From assembly GCA_016839945.1 (NCBI GenBank), contig JAEOTE010000134.1, forward strand, positions 1 through 24,668: 24,668 nt of DNA. Reading direction: 5' to 3'. The stretch's first letter is position 1. Each line of letters opens with the position of its first letter. The DNA comes from Candidatus Heimdallarchaeota archaeon. Its GTDB lineage: Archaea; Asgardarchaeota; Heimdallarchaeia; Heimdallarchaeales; Heimdallarchaeaceae. A program made the translations under genes and the position numbers. The notes beneath the pieces are model-generated. The model searched no databases. It was given only the letters and a program-made list of their open reading frames with translations, and was not told the origin of the DNA. Shown in pieces: positions 16,566-24,668 of this stretch.

Positions 16566-18020
16566 TTGAGATTACGCACTGTGTCATTTTTATGGATTAT
16601 TCTTTTCATACTAAGCATAGTACCACTTTTTATGAGTAACACACTACCTGTTAATGTACTATACATCAATATCTTCAGATTCTTATTTCCAAGTATTGGA
16701 GTAACTATTGGCACTATTGCATTAATTAAAACACCAAAAGGGGAAAAAAGGGATTTCGCAATTGTTATCACCTGTGCTATTACATTGTTATTAGGTTATG
16801 AGATCTTCGAACAGATATATGGTGGACAGACAAGCAATATTTACCTTGGGCATTGGATAGTGCTCTGGATCAGTGCATATTTTGCATTCATATCAATTGC
16901 AATAAAAAGAATACTGCAGGATTATAAATATCTGTCACGAACTACTTTTTTTGCAGGAATTGCCTTAGCAGGATTAACAGTTGTTGTAGTTTTACCATTA
17001 TTTACAACATTTTTCCGTTCAGTCAGTGGAACAGTTACAACATTCGAATATGCAATGTTTGTTTTAATAGGCATCGTAGATTTCATTGCTTTTGTTACAT
17101 TAGTAATTCTTCTTATTCTTTATATTCAGCAGAAATATGGATATTATTGGATTTTCTTGGTTGTAGGTTTCATGATGCTATTATTCAGAGATATATCTGC
17201 AATGTATGCAATTTTGATGAATGAAACAATTCCGTTTATTGGACCAAATGCAATAAACTTCATATTCTATTCAACTATGATAGTTGGTCTGATAACACTT
17301 TTTGATCCAGATTTTGAACTCAAAACTATGCAAAATATCGAAATGGAGAGAGAATACTATAAAACACGTTATAAGGAACTTGACACATTATCCAAGGATT
17401 TGATTACAGTTACAGAGTTCTGGTTCCATGATCTTCATAATGACTTGAATGTCATAAATAATGCTTTTGAGCTATATGAGGAATCATCTGATAAGAAATT
17501 TCAAAAAATGTTTACTGATAGAATAGATTTAATTGAGGAAAGACTCAAACGATTTGAATCTCCTGCTAGTATTTTGGATTCCCTAAAAATCAAACCTACA
17601 CCAATCAAGAGTCTTCTTGATATTCAGAAAGCGTATGATAATGTTAAGATTCAGAGTCTTGAGAAAGATATATTTGTTAAAGCAAATGAATTGCTTTTCC
17701 CAACTGTTCTAAACATTATCCACAATAGTTTTCAACACAGTGGTCCAGATACAGAAGTAATGGTTTTAATTGAAGAAGATGTTGAAAATGAAAAAGTAAT
17801 AATTCACATCAAAGATAATGGTCTAGGAATACCTGATGATATAAAGGATAAAATTTTCTATAAGAATTTTAAATTTGGTGAAGAAGGTTATTCTGGAATG
17901 GGATTGTATTTAACAAAAATTACTATTGATAAATACGGGGGAAAAATAACAGTAGAAGATAATTATCCTAAAGGAGCATTATTTAAGATAGAACTTGATA
18001 AAATTGAACCAAAATTATAG
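16566..18020 (+). CDS. Multi-TM sensor histidine kinase
   Basis: About 7-8 N-terminal TM helices; H box FHDLHNDL, N box NIIHNS, G1 DNGLGI, F box KIF, G2 GMGL. Confidence 0.9.
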   Translation: MRLRTVSFLWIILFILSIVPLFMSNTLPVNVLYINIFRFLFPSIGVTIGTIALIKTPKGEKRDFAIVITCAITLLLGYEIFEQIYGGQTSNIYLGHWIVLWISAYFAFISIAIKRILQDYKYLSRTTFFAGIALAGLTVVVVLPLFTTFFRSVSGTVTTFEYAMFVLIGIVDFIAFVTLVILLILYIQQKYGYYWIFLVVGFMMLLFRDISAMYAILMNETIPFIGPNAINFIFYSTMIVGLITLFDPDFELKTMQNIEMEREYYKTRYKELDTLSKDLITVTEFWFHDLHNDLNVINNAFELYEESSDKKFQKMFTDRIDLIEERLKRFESPASILDSLKIKPTPIKSLLDIQKAYDNVKIQSLEKDIFVKANELLFPTVLNIIHNSFQHSGPDTEVMVLIEEDVENEKVIIHIKDNGLGIPDDIKDKIFYKNFKFGEEGYSGMGLYLTKITIDKYGGKITVEDNYPKGALFKIELDKIEPKL

Positions 18021-18023
18021 ATC

Positions 18024-18281
18024 TCATGAAGGCCATATTCTCTTTTCTAGTTTGGTATCACACTTTCTACAAGATTTCTTCTCAGTAACAGGATAACCAT
18101 ATTTATCTGTTTCAGTGATATTCTTAATTGCTTGATTACATGTAAAATCAAGCTTACAATATGCACAATAATAATACGTTACTTCATTCTTCATGTTTGG
18201 TGAAAGAATAGGTCTTGGGCAACTAGATGCTTTAACAACTTGTGAACAATCACAGAGAAGATGAGCTCCTCGAATAACCAT
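18024..18281 (-). CDS. Small Cys-rich zinc-finger-like protein
   Basis: 85 aa with 8 Cys including CAYC and CRKC; fills the gap between neighbours without overlap. An internal start at MKNEV is possible. Confidence 0.65.
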   Translation of the reverse strand: MVIRGAHLLCDCSQVVKASSCPRPILSPNMKNEVTYYYCAYCKLDFTCNQAIKNITETDKYGYPVTEKKSCRKCDTKLEKRIWPS

Positions 18282-18353
18282 GATTTCTTTGAGAAATACG
18301 TAAATAAAAAACTTTACCTAAGGATGAATGAAGTAAAAAAAAGAAAGGAAAAA

Positions 18354-18824
18354 TTACATCTGAATGTTGATAGTTTCAGCAGGTAAATCATAACTTGCTG
18401 CATTTATTGGTATTCCAATATAGATTAGAGTAGCAGTACCTTCTACAGTTATTGTTATTGTTCCACCTGTTTCTATTGTAGTCTTATCTGCGTCAGTTAA
18501 AACCAATACAAATTCTATAGGTTGAGTTTGTCCTAGTTTAATTTTCAGAGAGATTGGATCACCATATGGAGTGCCACTTTTTTTGAAAACAATATCTAGT
18601 TTAATAGCTTTAGGAAGATATCCTAGTTTTGGAGTCGTTACAGAAGTTGAGATAGTTATAGTTTTATTATCTGAACCAACATCAAAATTTATTGTACCAA
18701 TATCAAGTTCCCCTGCTTTCTCTTCAAAGTCTTTAATGCTTAAGTAAACATCTGCACCTATTACTCCTCCAGCTGCGAGAACTATAAATAATATTATTAG
18801 AAATGCTGTTAATCCTTTTCCCAT
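18354..18824 (-). CDS. Hypothetical membrane-anchored beta-rich protein (possibly LEA-2/WHy-like)
   Basis: N-terminal hydrophobic anchor followed by alternating beta-strand patterns (ITISTSVT, IEFVLVL, ITITVEGTATL). The fold assignment is a guess. Confidence 0.7.
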   Translation of the reverse strand: MGKGLTAFLIILFIVLAAGGVIGADVYLSIKDFEEKAGELDIGTINFDVGSDNKTITISTSVTTPKLGYLPKAIKLDIVFKKSGTPYGDPISLKIKLGQTQPIEFVLVLTDADKTTIETGGTITITVEGTATLIYIGIPINAASYDLPAETINIQM

Positions 18825-18955
18825 GCAATTTATTTAGCATCCTTCATTATTAAACCTTTGCAGATACTGTTTAGAAAGCAATAATGATTGAAAGCTACTT
18901 TTTTTTGAGTGTTTCGCTAAAACTTTTTTATATTACTATTTTTACTAGAAATATT

Positions 18956-19831
18956 ATGACTAGTAAATTTGGAATAATTACTGACTCTGGAGCAGATTTT
19001 AGTCTAGATTATATGAAAAAACACGATTTAATTTTAATACCAACTAGAATAATGGTTGGAGAAACAGAGTACATAGATAGAGAAACTATTACAAGAGAAG
19101 AAATTATTGACAAAATGATTAATGAAAAAGCAAAAACATCTACTAGTGTAGCTCCTCCTGTTGATTTCCACAGAATAATAAACGATGCTCTTGGGAAATA
19201 TGAGAATGTATTGTTTATTGCCATTAGCTCTAAAATGTCAGCAACTCTTCAACAAGGAATTTTGACTGCAAAAAGAATTGATCCTGAAAGATTTGTGGGA
19301 ATAGATACCTACAGTGTATCTTGGGGTATGACATTTTTGATAGATCATGCTATAAGACGAAGAGATCAAGGAATTGATTTGGATACAGTTGTTAAAGAAA
19401 TAAAAGAAATGATGAAATCTATAAAACTTTATGTCATGGTTGATACCTTAGAATATCTTAGAAGAGGAGGAAGAATTGGAGCTGCGAAAAGCATGTTGGG
19501 GAAACTGATTGGTGCAAAACCAATTCTAACTGTGGATGATGGAGAATTAAAACCAGATAATACTGTTAAGAGCTTTGAGGAATGCGTAAGTTACTTTACA
19601 GAGAAGATCAAGGAGAATACTAAAGGTCAGAAAAATTATGCTTTAGCGTTCATTTATGGACTTGATGATCCAGAATTCAAAAAGTATGCTAATGAGATTA
19701 AACAAGAGCTTAAACCTTTACATTTCTTCTATGAACCTATAGGAGCAAACATAGTAAGTCATGCTGGACCCAAACTGTATGGCTTGGGTTTTGTAAAAAT
19801 ACCTGATGAAGCAGTTGATGCATATAAATAA
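18956..19831 (+). CDS. DegV/FakB family fatty-acid-binding protein
   Basis: IITDSGAD, ISSKMSAT, IDTYSVS, VDTLEYLRRGGRIG, KPIL, SHAGP. ATG 18956 chosen over 18884. Confidence 0.92.
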   Translation: MTSKFGIITDSGADFSLDYMKKHDLILIPTRIMVGETEYIDRETITREEIIDKMINEKAKTSTSVAPPVDFHRIINDALGKYENVLFIAISSKMSATLQQGILTAKRIDPERFVGIDTYSVSWGMTFLIDHAIRRRDQGIDLDTVVKEIKEMMKSIKLYVMVDTLEYLRRGGRIGAAKSMLGKLIGAKPILTVDDGELKPDNTVKSFEECVSYFTEKIKENTKGQKNYALAFIYGLDDPEFKKYANEIKQELKPLHFFYEPIGANIVSHAGPKLYGLGFVKIPDEAVDAYK

Positions 19832-19938
19832 GATTCTCCTTCTTCTTTTTCTTAAGAATTGAAGGCAAATATTTTTTATAGAAGTCTTGAAATTTATCCC
19901 TTTATACTGAAGTATATGTAACCAAGATGTGATATTTA

Positions 19939-22557
19939 ATGGAAAAAATTACTCGAAATATAATTATCAAATTCTCTGTTGCTATCTTAATTACAATCAT
20001 ACTTTTAGTTGCATTATCTATTCCCTTTGGAATGATTCCTCCTTTGGGTAAATTTCTTTTTCCAGGTGGAGGTGTCTGGAAAATTGATGATGATGTTAAG
20101 AACAAAGAAATACTAAAAGCTACAGAGCTGGAAGAAGATGTGACTATTTTTCGGGATAAATGGGGCATCCCACACATCTATGGCTACTCTGAAAAAGACA
20201 TTGCTTTTGCTTTAGGTTATGTTCAAGCACAGGATCGATTATTCCAAATGGACATGGCTAGAAGAGTAACAAGAGGAAAACTATCAGAAGTAATAGGTTC
20301 AGATGCTTTAGATGCAGATAAATTCAGCTTAAGTAAACTAAAAGAGTATTGGGCTTTAGAATCTTTAAACGAACTAAAGGAAAGCACTGATCCAATAGAT
20401 CAAATAATTTATAATGAACTCCTCTCTTATTCGGCTGGAATAAATTATTATATCAAAAACATGAAAAGCTTACCACTAGAATATCTGTTCCTTAATTTCA
20501 AACCAGATTTATGGTCACCAGTAGATACACTCTGTTTTATAAAATATATGTCTGAAATGCTTTCCTGGGGATATAGCGATTTTACAAACTTATGGCTTTT
20601 TGATTCCCTAGGAATCGATAATTATCGTGAATTGTTCAGCTTACCTTATCAAATACCAATAACAACTGAATATGGCGATTACAATAGCTCTGAATTATTA
20701 TTAAGCAGGAATATAAATCAAAAAGATATCAGTGAAGCTCAAGAAAAAACTATTAGTGAATTATCTAACCTTTTTTCTAGATTTATTAAAGATGTTGAGA
20801 AAATTCCTTTAGAAAAAGAGCTTATGGATGGACAAAAATTCTATGGTTCTAACAATTGGGTTATAGGTGGAAATAAAACAGTATCAACTAAACCAATCTT
20901 ATGTAATGATATGCACCTTGGACACGATTTACCAGGAATTTGGTATGAAGCTCATTTAATCAATATTGATCCTCTTTCTGATTTCAATGTATATGGTTTC
21001 TTTTTAGCTGGAGTACCTTTCCCAATTGTGGGACATAATGCATATGTTGGTTGGGGGATGACTAATACTGGTTTTGATGTTTTGGATTGGTACTATTACA
21101 AGGGAATTAACGAAACTCATTATTGGTATAAAGGAGAACCAAAAGAATATACATTATTGGAGTTTGAAATACCAATAAAGAATAAGGAAGCAGAGATTTT
21201 TACTGTGAAAAACACTGTTCATGGTCCAGTTTTAACAGAATATGTTGTAGATAGAGTAAACACTGGTGTTGCAGCAGATTACTTAAATGATGTAATCGCA
21301 TGCAAGTGGATTTCTCATAATGTTACTTATGAAACAAGAGCAATTTATGGTTGGAGTCATTCCAAAAATCGCGATGATTTTAATGAAGCATCTAACTATT
21401 TTGGGACACCTGCTCAAAATATTGTTTATGCCGATATACATGGAGAAATAGGTATTAGACCTACTGGAAAAGTTCCAATTAGAGATGATAGCAACATTCC
21501 ATCTTGGCACTTCGGAAATGGTTCATTACCTTACAATGGTTCTGAAGGAAATGGAGAATGGATTGGATATGTTCCATTTGATTTTCTACCTGTCTCTGAG
21601 AATCCTAACCAAGATTATCTAGTTTCAGCTAATCAAGTAAGTGCTGGGTCAGATTATCAGTATCATTTGCAGCATCCACTTGCAATCGATAATGGTTATA
21701 GATCAAGAAGACTTAACGATATCATTTCTGCAAAAGATGATTTTACAGTTGAAGACATGAAAAATGTACAATTGGATGTGTACTCAATTAAAGCTGGGAA
21801 CCTCACACAATATCTAATTGATGCTATTCTTACCATAAGTTTCAGAACAGATTTGATGCAGGATGTAATTGATGTATTGAATGATTGGGATTATCAAATG
21901 GATAAAGAAGAAGCTGCACCAACTATTTTCTATGTCTGGATAGAGATTTTTCAAGAAGATACATTTACAGATGAAATGCATAATATGGGAAGTCCTCGAA
22001 TTCCAGATCATGCGATATTGGAGTATCTAACAAGAACTAATGCTTCTTCAACTTGGTTTGATGATATAAACACTCCTGAAATTGAAACAAGGGATGACAT
22101 TATAAAATCATCTTTCATGAAAGCCTTGGTAGGATTGGAGGATTTTTTTGGTACCGAAGATATTACTCAATGGAAATGGGGAATTATTAACACAAAATAC
22201 ATACCTCATATTACAGATTTAGAACCGTTAGCTTATGGACCAGTAGGTGTTAATGGTACTGAAGACACAGTTAATCCAGTTTACAGAAAATCAATCTGGA
22301 AAAATAATAATGTTACAGTCTCTCTTGGTAGTGGTGGAGCTTCCGAAAGGATGATTATTGATTTTAATAATCTCAATAATTCAGTATCTATAATTCCTTC
22401 AGGCCAGAGAAACGTATCTACATCTAAGCACTATGTTGACCAGTTAGAGATGTACTTAAGAGGTGAGTATCATACTCAATACTTTGCAGCAGATTCTATA
22501 GAAAAATTCCAAGATGAGTGGATTGAATCCACTATTCTTTTCAAGGCTGGTGATTAA
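19939..22557 (+). CDS. Membrane-anchored penicillin acylase family Ntn-hydrolase (peptidase S45)
   Basis: RDKWGIPHIY, AQDRLFQMD, GSNNW (autocleavage nucleophile Ser codon 20848-20850), NDMHL, PAQNIVYAD, SANQ; N-terminal TM helix. Confidence 0.93.
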   Translation: MEKITRNIIIKFSVAILITIILLVALSIPFGMIPPLGKFLFPGGGVWKIDDDVKNKEILKATELEEDVTIFRDKWGIPHIYGYSEKDIAFALGYVQAQDRLFQMDMARRVTRGKLSEVIGSDALDADKFSLSKLKEYWALESLNELKESTDPIDQIIYNELLSYSAGINYYIKNMKSLPLEYLFLNFKPDLWSPVDTLCFIKYMSEMLSWGYSDFTNLWLFDSLGIDNYRELFSLPYQIPITTEYGDYNSSELLLSRNINQKDISEAQEKTISELSNLFSRFIKDVEKIPLEKELMDGQKFYGSNNWVIGGNKTVSTKPILCNDMHLGHDLPGIWYEAHLINIDPLSDFNVYGFFLAGVPFPIVGHNAYVGWGMTNTGFDVLDWYYYKGINETHYWYKGEPKEYTLLEFEIPIKNKEAEIFTVKNTVHGPVLTEYVVDRVNTGVAADYLNDVIACKWISHNVTYETRAIYGWSHSKNRDDFNEASNYFGTPAQNIVYADIHGEIGIRPTGKVPIRDDSNIPSWHFGNGSLPYNGSEGNGEWIGYVPFDFLPVSENPNQDYLVSANQVSAGSDYQYHLQHPLAIDNGYRSRRLNDIISAKDDFTVEDMKNVQLDVYSIKAGNLTQYLIDAILTISFRTDLMQDVIDVLNDWDYQMDKEEAAPTIFYVWIEIFQEDTFTDEMHNMGSPRIPDHAILEYLTRTNASSTWFDDINTPEIETRDDIIKSSFMKALVGLEDFFGTEDITQWKWGIINTKYIPHITDLEPLAYGPVGVNGTEDTVNPVYRKSIWKNNNVTVSLGSGGASERMIIDFNNLNNSVSIIPSGQRNVSTSKHYVDQLEMYLRGEYHTQYFAADSIEKFQDEWIESTILFKAGD

Positions 22558-22559
22558 AG

Positions 22560-23012
22560 ATGTCAGAAAAAACAGCAGAAAATAGAAATCAGGAACTAAA
22601 AGTCAAAACAAAGATTTTATTGAGTCATATTAAGGATGTTTCTACTAGAAGAGCAAACGTTTTAGGACCTATGGTATGCTTTCTTGTAGCCCTTATTTTT
22701 GTTCTAATACCTGTCTGGCATCTTGCAGTTCTAGCTGGCGCTATTGGAGGTTTGTTCCACACAAAGATGGGAAGAGGAGCTCTTACAGGTTTAATAGGTG
22801 TAGGATCTGCTTGGATACTAAACATCTTCATAGAATTAATATCTACCAATGTGTATAGTATGATAGATCAAATAGGGGGAATAATACTAGGAAACCTCGG
22901 ATTTGGTTGGCTTTTCATTATTGTTATAATCCTACTAGGGATTGCTTTAGGAGCTCTAGGTGGATCAATAGGTAGTGGAATTCGTTATTTCATAGAATTG
23001 AAGAAAGAATAG
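22560..23012 (+). CDS. Gly-rich hypothetical membrane protein
   Basis: 3-4 TM segments with GxxxG motifs; starts 2 nt after the acylase stop. Confidence 0.8.
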   Translation: MSEKTAENRNQELKVKTKILLSHIKDVSTRRANVLGPMVCFLVALIFVLIPVWHLAVLAGAIGGLFHTKMGRGALTGLIGVGSAWILNIFIELISTNVYSMIDQIGGIILGNLGFGWLFIIVIILLGIALGALGGSIGSGIRYFIELKKE

Positions 23013-23073
23013 CGAAAAATTTCCTCTTTTTTTTACACAAAAAGCATAAATGAGATGTATTTTTTATATACTC

Positions 23074-23622
23074 ATGGACTCTGAATCATCTGAATCTGAA
23101 AAGATTGTTTTACCTATGAAAAGATTAGACTGCATATTGGATATTTTATTTTTAAAAATTAAGGGAAGTACTATCAAAAATCGGGACCAACCAATAGAAT
23201 GGAGTATCAAGCATATGTACTCAAGTTCTCAACTAGCAAAATTACTAGCTAAAAGAAGGGGATTTGATATTGAAATTGCAGGGATTGCAGGAGCTATACA
23301 TGATTTAGCAATCATAGAAACTGGCAAATTTGAAAATCATGGACCTTTGGGAGGACCTTTGGTACGAAATCTCTTATTAGAATATAACTCAAGATATGGG
23401 AAAGAATTTGGGAAGATTAGTAGAGAAGAGATTGATTTAGTAGTAAATGCAACAATCAATCACACCAATAAGAAACAATTCGATGATTCAGCTTTTGATG
23501 AATTGATTAAAGATGTTGATTCTCTTGACAGATTTCTACATGGATTGGATACATTTGACTACTACTTGAAGAGAACTAAAAAAGCTCTGGATGATCTGAA
23601 TCTAGATATTGATTCATTTTGA
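23074..23622 (+). CDS. HD domain phosphohydrolase
   Basis: KHMY...AGAIHDLA...NHG..G...INH...KDVDSLD matches the H...HD...D pattern. Start uncertain (23050, 23074 or later). Confidence 0.85.
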   Translation: MDSESSESEKIVLPMKRLDCILDILFLKIKGSTIKNRDQPIEWSIKHMYSSSQLAKLLAKRRGFDIEIAGIAGAIHDLAIIETGKFENHGPLGGPLVRNLLLEYNSRYGKEFGKISREEIDLVVNATINHTNKKQFDDSAFDELIKDVDSLDRFLHGLDTFDYYLKRTKKALDDLNLDIDSF

Positions 23623-23719
23623 ATTTTTGTTCAATGCTTACTTTTAAATGATTGAAATCTGATATTATTATTTGAAACAATTATTTTTATCAAACATTTA
23701 AAATTAATAAGGTGAAAAA

Positions 23720-24082
23720 ATGTCAAAAGATGTAAAAAGACGAAAATATTGGGTTAATCCCCACGTTCATTGCAGCTGCAATTGTGAAGCTGAAAATGAT
23801 GAACATGAAGAAGGCTGTGTTGAAACAGAAGAAGCTTACAGACTTATTTATGAATTACCAGGTGTAAAGAAAGAAGATATCTCTATTAGAATTGTAAAGA
23901 ATGGTCTTCGACTTAATGCAATTAGAGATTCTCATGTTGAATATGTAAATGAATATCCATTTTTAGTAGATGGAGATCCAGAAACTAGCACAGCATTTTA
24001 TGAAGAAGGACTTCTAAAAATCAATGTTCCAATTGTTGGGAAGGATCCTTTCAAGGAGATTAAAACTATTAAAATTAAATAG
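23720..24082 (+). CDS. Small heat shock protein (Hsp20/alpha-crystallin) with Cys/His-rich N-terminus
   Basis: ELPGVKKEDI and AFYEEGLLKINVP motifs; AAGGTGA RBS at 23709-23715. Confidence 0.88.
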   Translation: MSKDVKRRKYWVNPHVHCSCNCEAENDEHEEGCVETEEAYRLIYELPGVKKEDISIRIVKNGLRLNAIRDSHVEYVNEYPFLVDGDPETSTAFYEEGLLKINVPIVGKDPFKEIKTIKIK

Positions 24083-24122
24083 TAGAAATATTTTTTTTCT
24101 ACTCTTTTTTTACTATAAAAAA

Positions 24123-24668
24123 TTAAGTTCCTTCTTTAGTTGTAATTGGAGTAATAACATCATCTTGAGATTCACTCGTTTCTAAATCAGGAACAATATC
24201 CACATCCTTGATACCCGTACTTATCCCTCTATCTTTAAGTAAAACCCAACCAAAATACAAAAATGGAACGCCAGTATTAAACTCGATAAAACTATTGAAG
24301 AGCAAGATTGTGAAAGCTCCTTCCAATGGTCTAATACCAGCAGCAAGCAAAGTTGTTTCCATCGAGAAATGAACAAAGAAGCCTATCAAAAACAGAAAAC
24401 CTATCTTTGCCCAGGAAAGGTGTCTAAAAGGTTTCCAAGTATATTTAAGAATTATTAGTAAAAGATAACCTCCAACTGCCATACCTATTTGTACCCCTCT
24501 ACCTGAAGACATTTCTCGTACAATATCAATTGTTCTGTCATCTAGATGAATCCATTGTGACAGAAAACCTATTGTGAACCACCCTCCTAGAAGAAAAGAG
24601 GACCAGAATGCTATTTTTTTCCAATTCCTAATGCTGAAAAGTACAGCCACATAACTGAATTCTATCAA
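24123..24668 (-). CDS. 3' part of a hypothetical multi-TM membrane protein (truncated by window edge)
   Basis: Open reading frame running off the window end with several hydrophobic segments and a polar C-tail. Confidence 0.75.
   Translation of the reverse strand: MIEFSYVAVLFSIRNWKKIAFWSSFLLGGWFTIGFLSQWIHLDDRTIDIVREMSSGRGVQIGMAVGGYLLLIILKYTWKPFRHLSWAKIGFLFLIGFFVHFSMETTLLAAGIRPLEGAFTILLFNSFIEFNTGVPFLYFGWVLLKDRGISTGIKDVDIVPDLETSESQDDVITPITTKEGT

Noticed and set aside
11003-22858. Short ORFs 11003..11380, 11720..12142, 11741..11926, 12355..12657, 13833..14048, 16445..16771, 19009..19224, 19902..20177, 21283..21510, 21814..22011, 22625..22849, 22676..22858
   Set aside because: Antisense or alternate-frame overlaps of clear genes with no independent support.
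1-24668. rRNA, tRNA, IS elements, integrases, defence systems
   Set aside because: No GC-rich structured RNA segments, transposase or integrase motifs, or terminal inverted repeats were seen.

Overview
AT-rich, densely coding archaeal DNA. An actin-family gene, a crenarchaeal/eukaryote-type single-OB SSB, GGTGA/GGAGG ribosome-binding sites, TATA-like boxes about 25-35 nt before starts and a large TPR protein suggest an Asgard archaeon, probably Heimdallarchaeia (inference). I see no rRNA, tRNA, CRISPR or mobile element. The left half has an SSB, an acyl-carrier-like protein whose phosphopantetheine serine is replaced by Glu, and a minus-strand run of class V aminotransferase, serA-like, panE-like, DUF1015 and a second panE-like gene. 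That run is interrupted by an oppositely oriented, highly unusual actin-related gene. The actin has an N-terminal zinc ribbon and an HhH-like motif, degenerate ATPase residues, a short D-loop and a ~40 aa insert, and sits behind three TGATATAYC boxes next to a BRE/TATA. The middle has a tandem-USP protein with a long Glu/Lys tail beside an ArsB/NhaD-type transporter. The right half has an ICMT/PEMT-like methyltransferase, a DAG-kinase-family enzyme, a TPR protein, an orphan membrane histidine kinase, a Cys-rich miniprotein, DegV, a membrane-anchored penicillin-acylase-family enzyme with a partner membrane protein, an HD protein and an Hsp20 with a Cys/His-rich N-terminus. All family calls come from motif recognition by eye; no searches were run.
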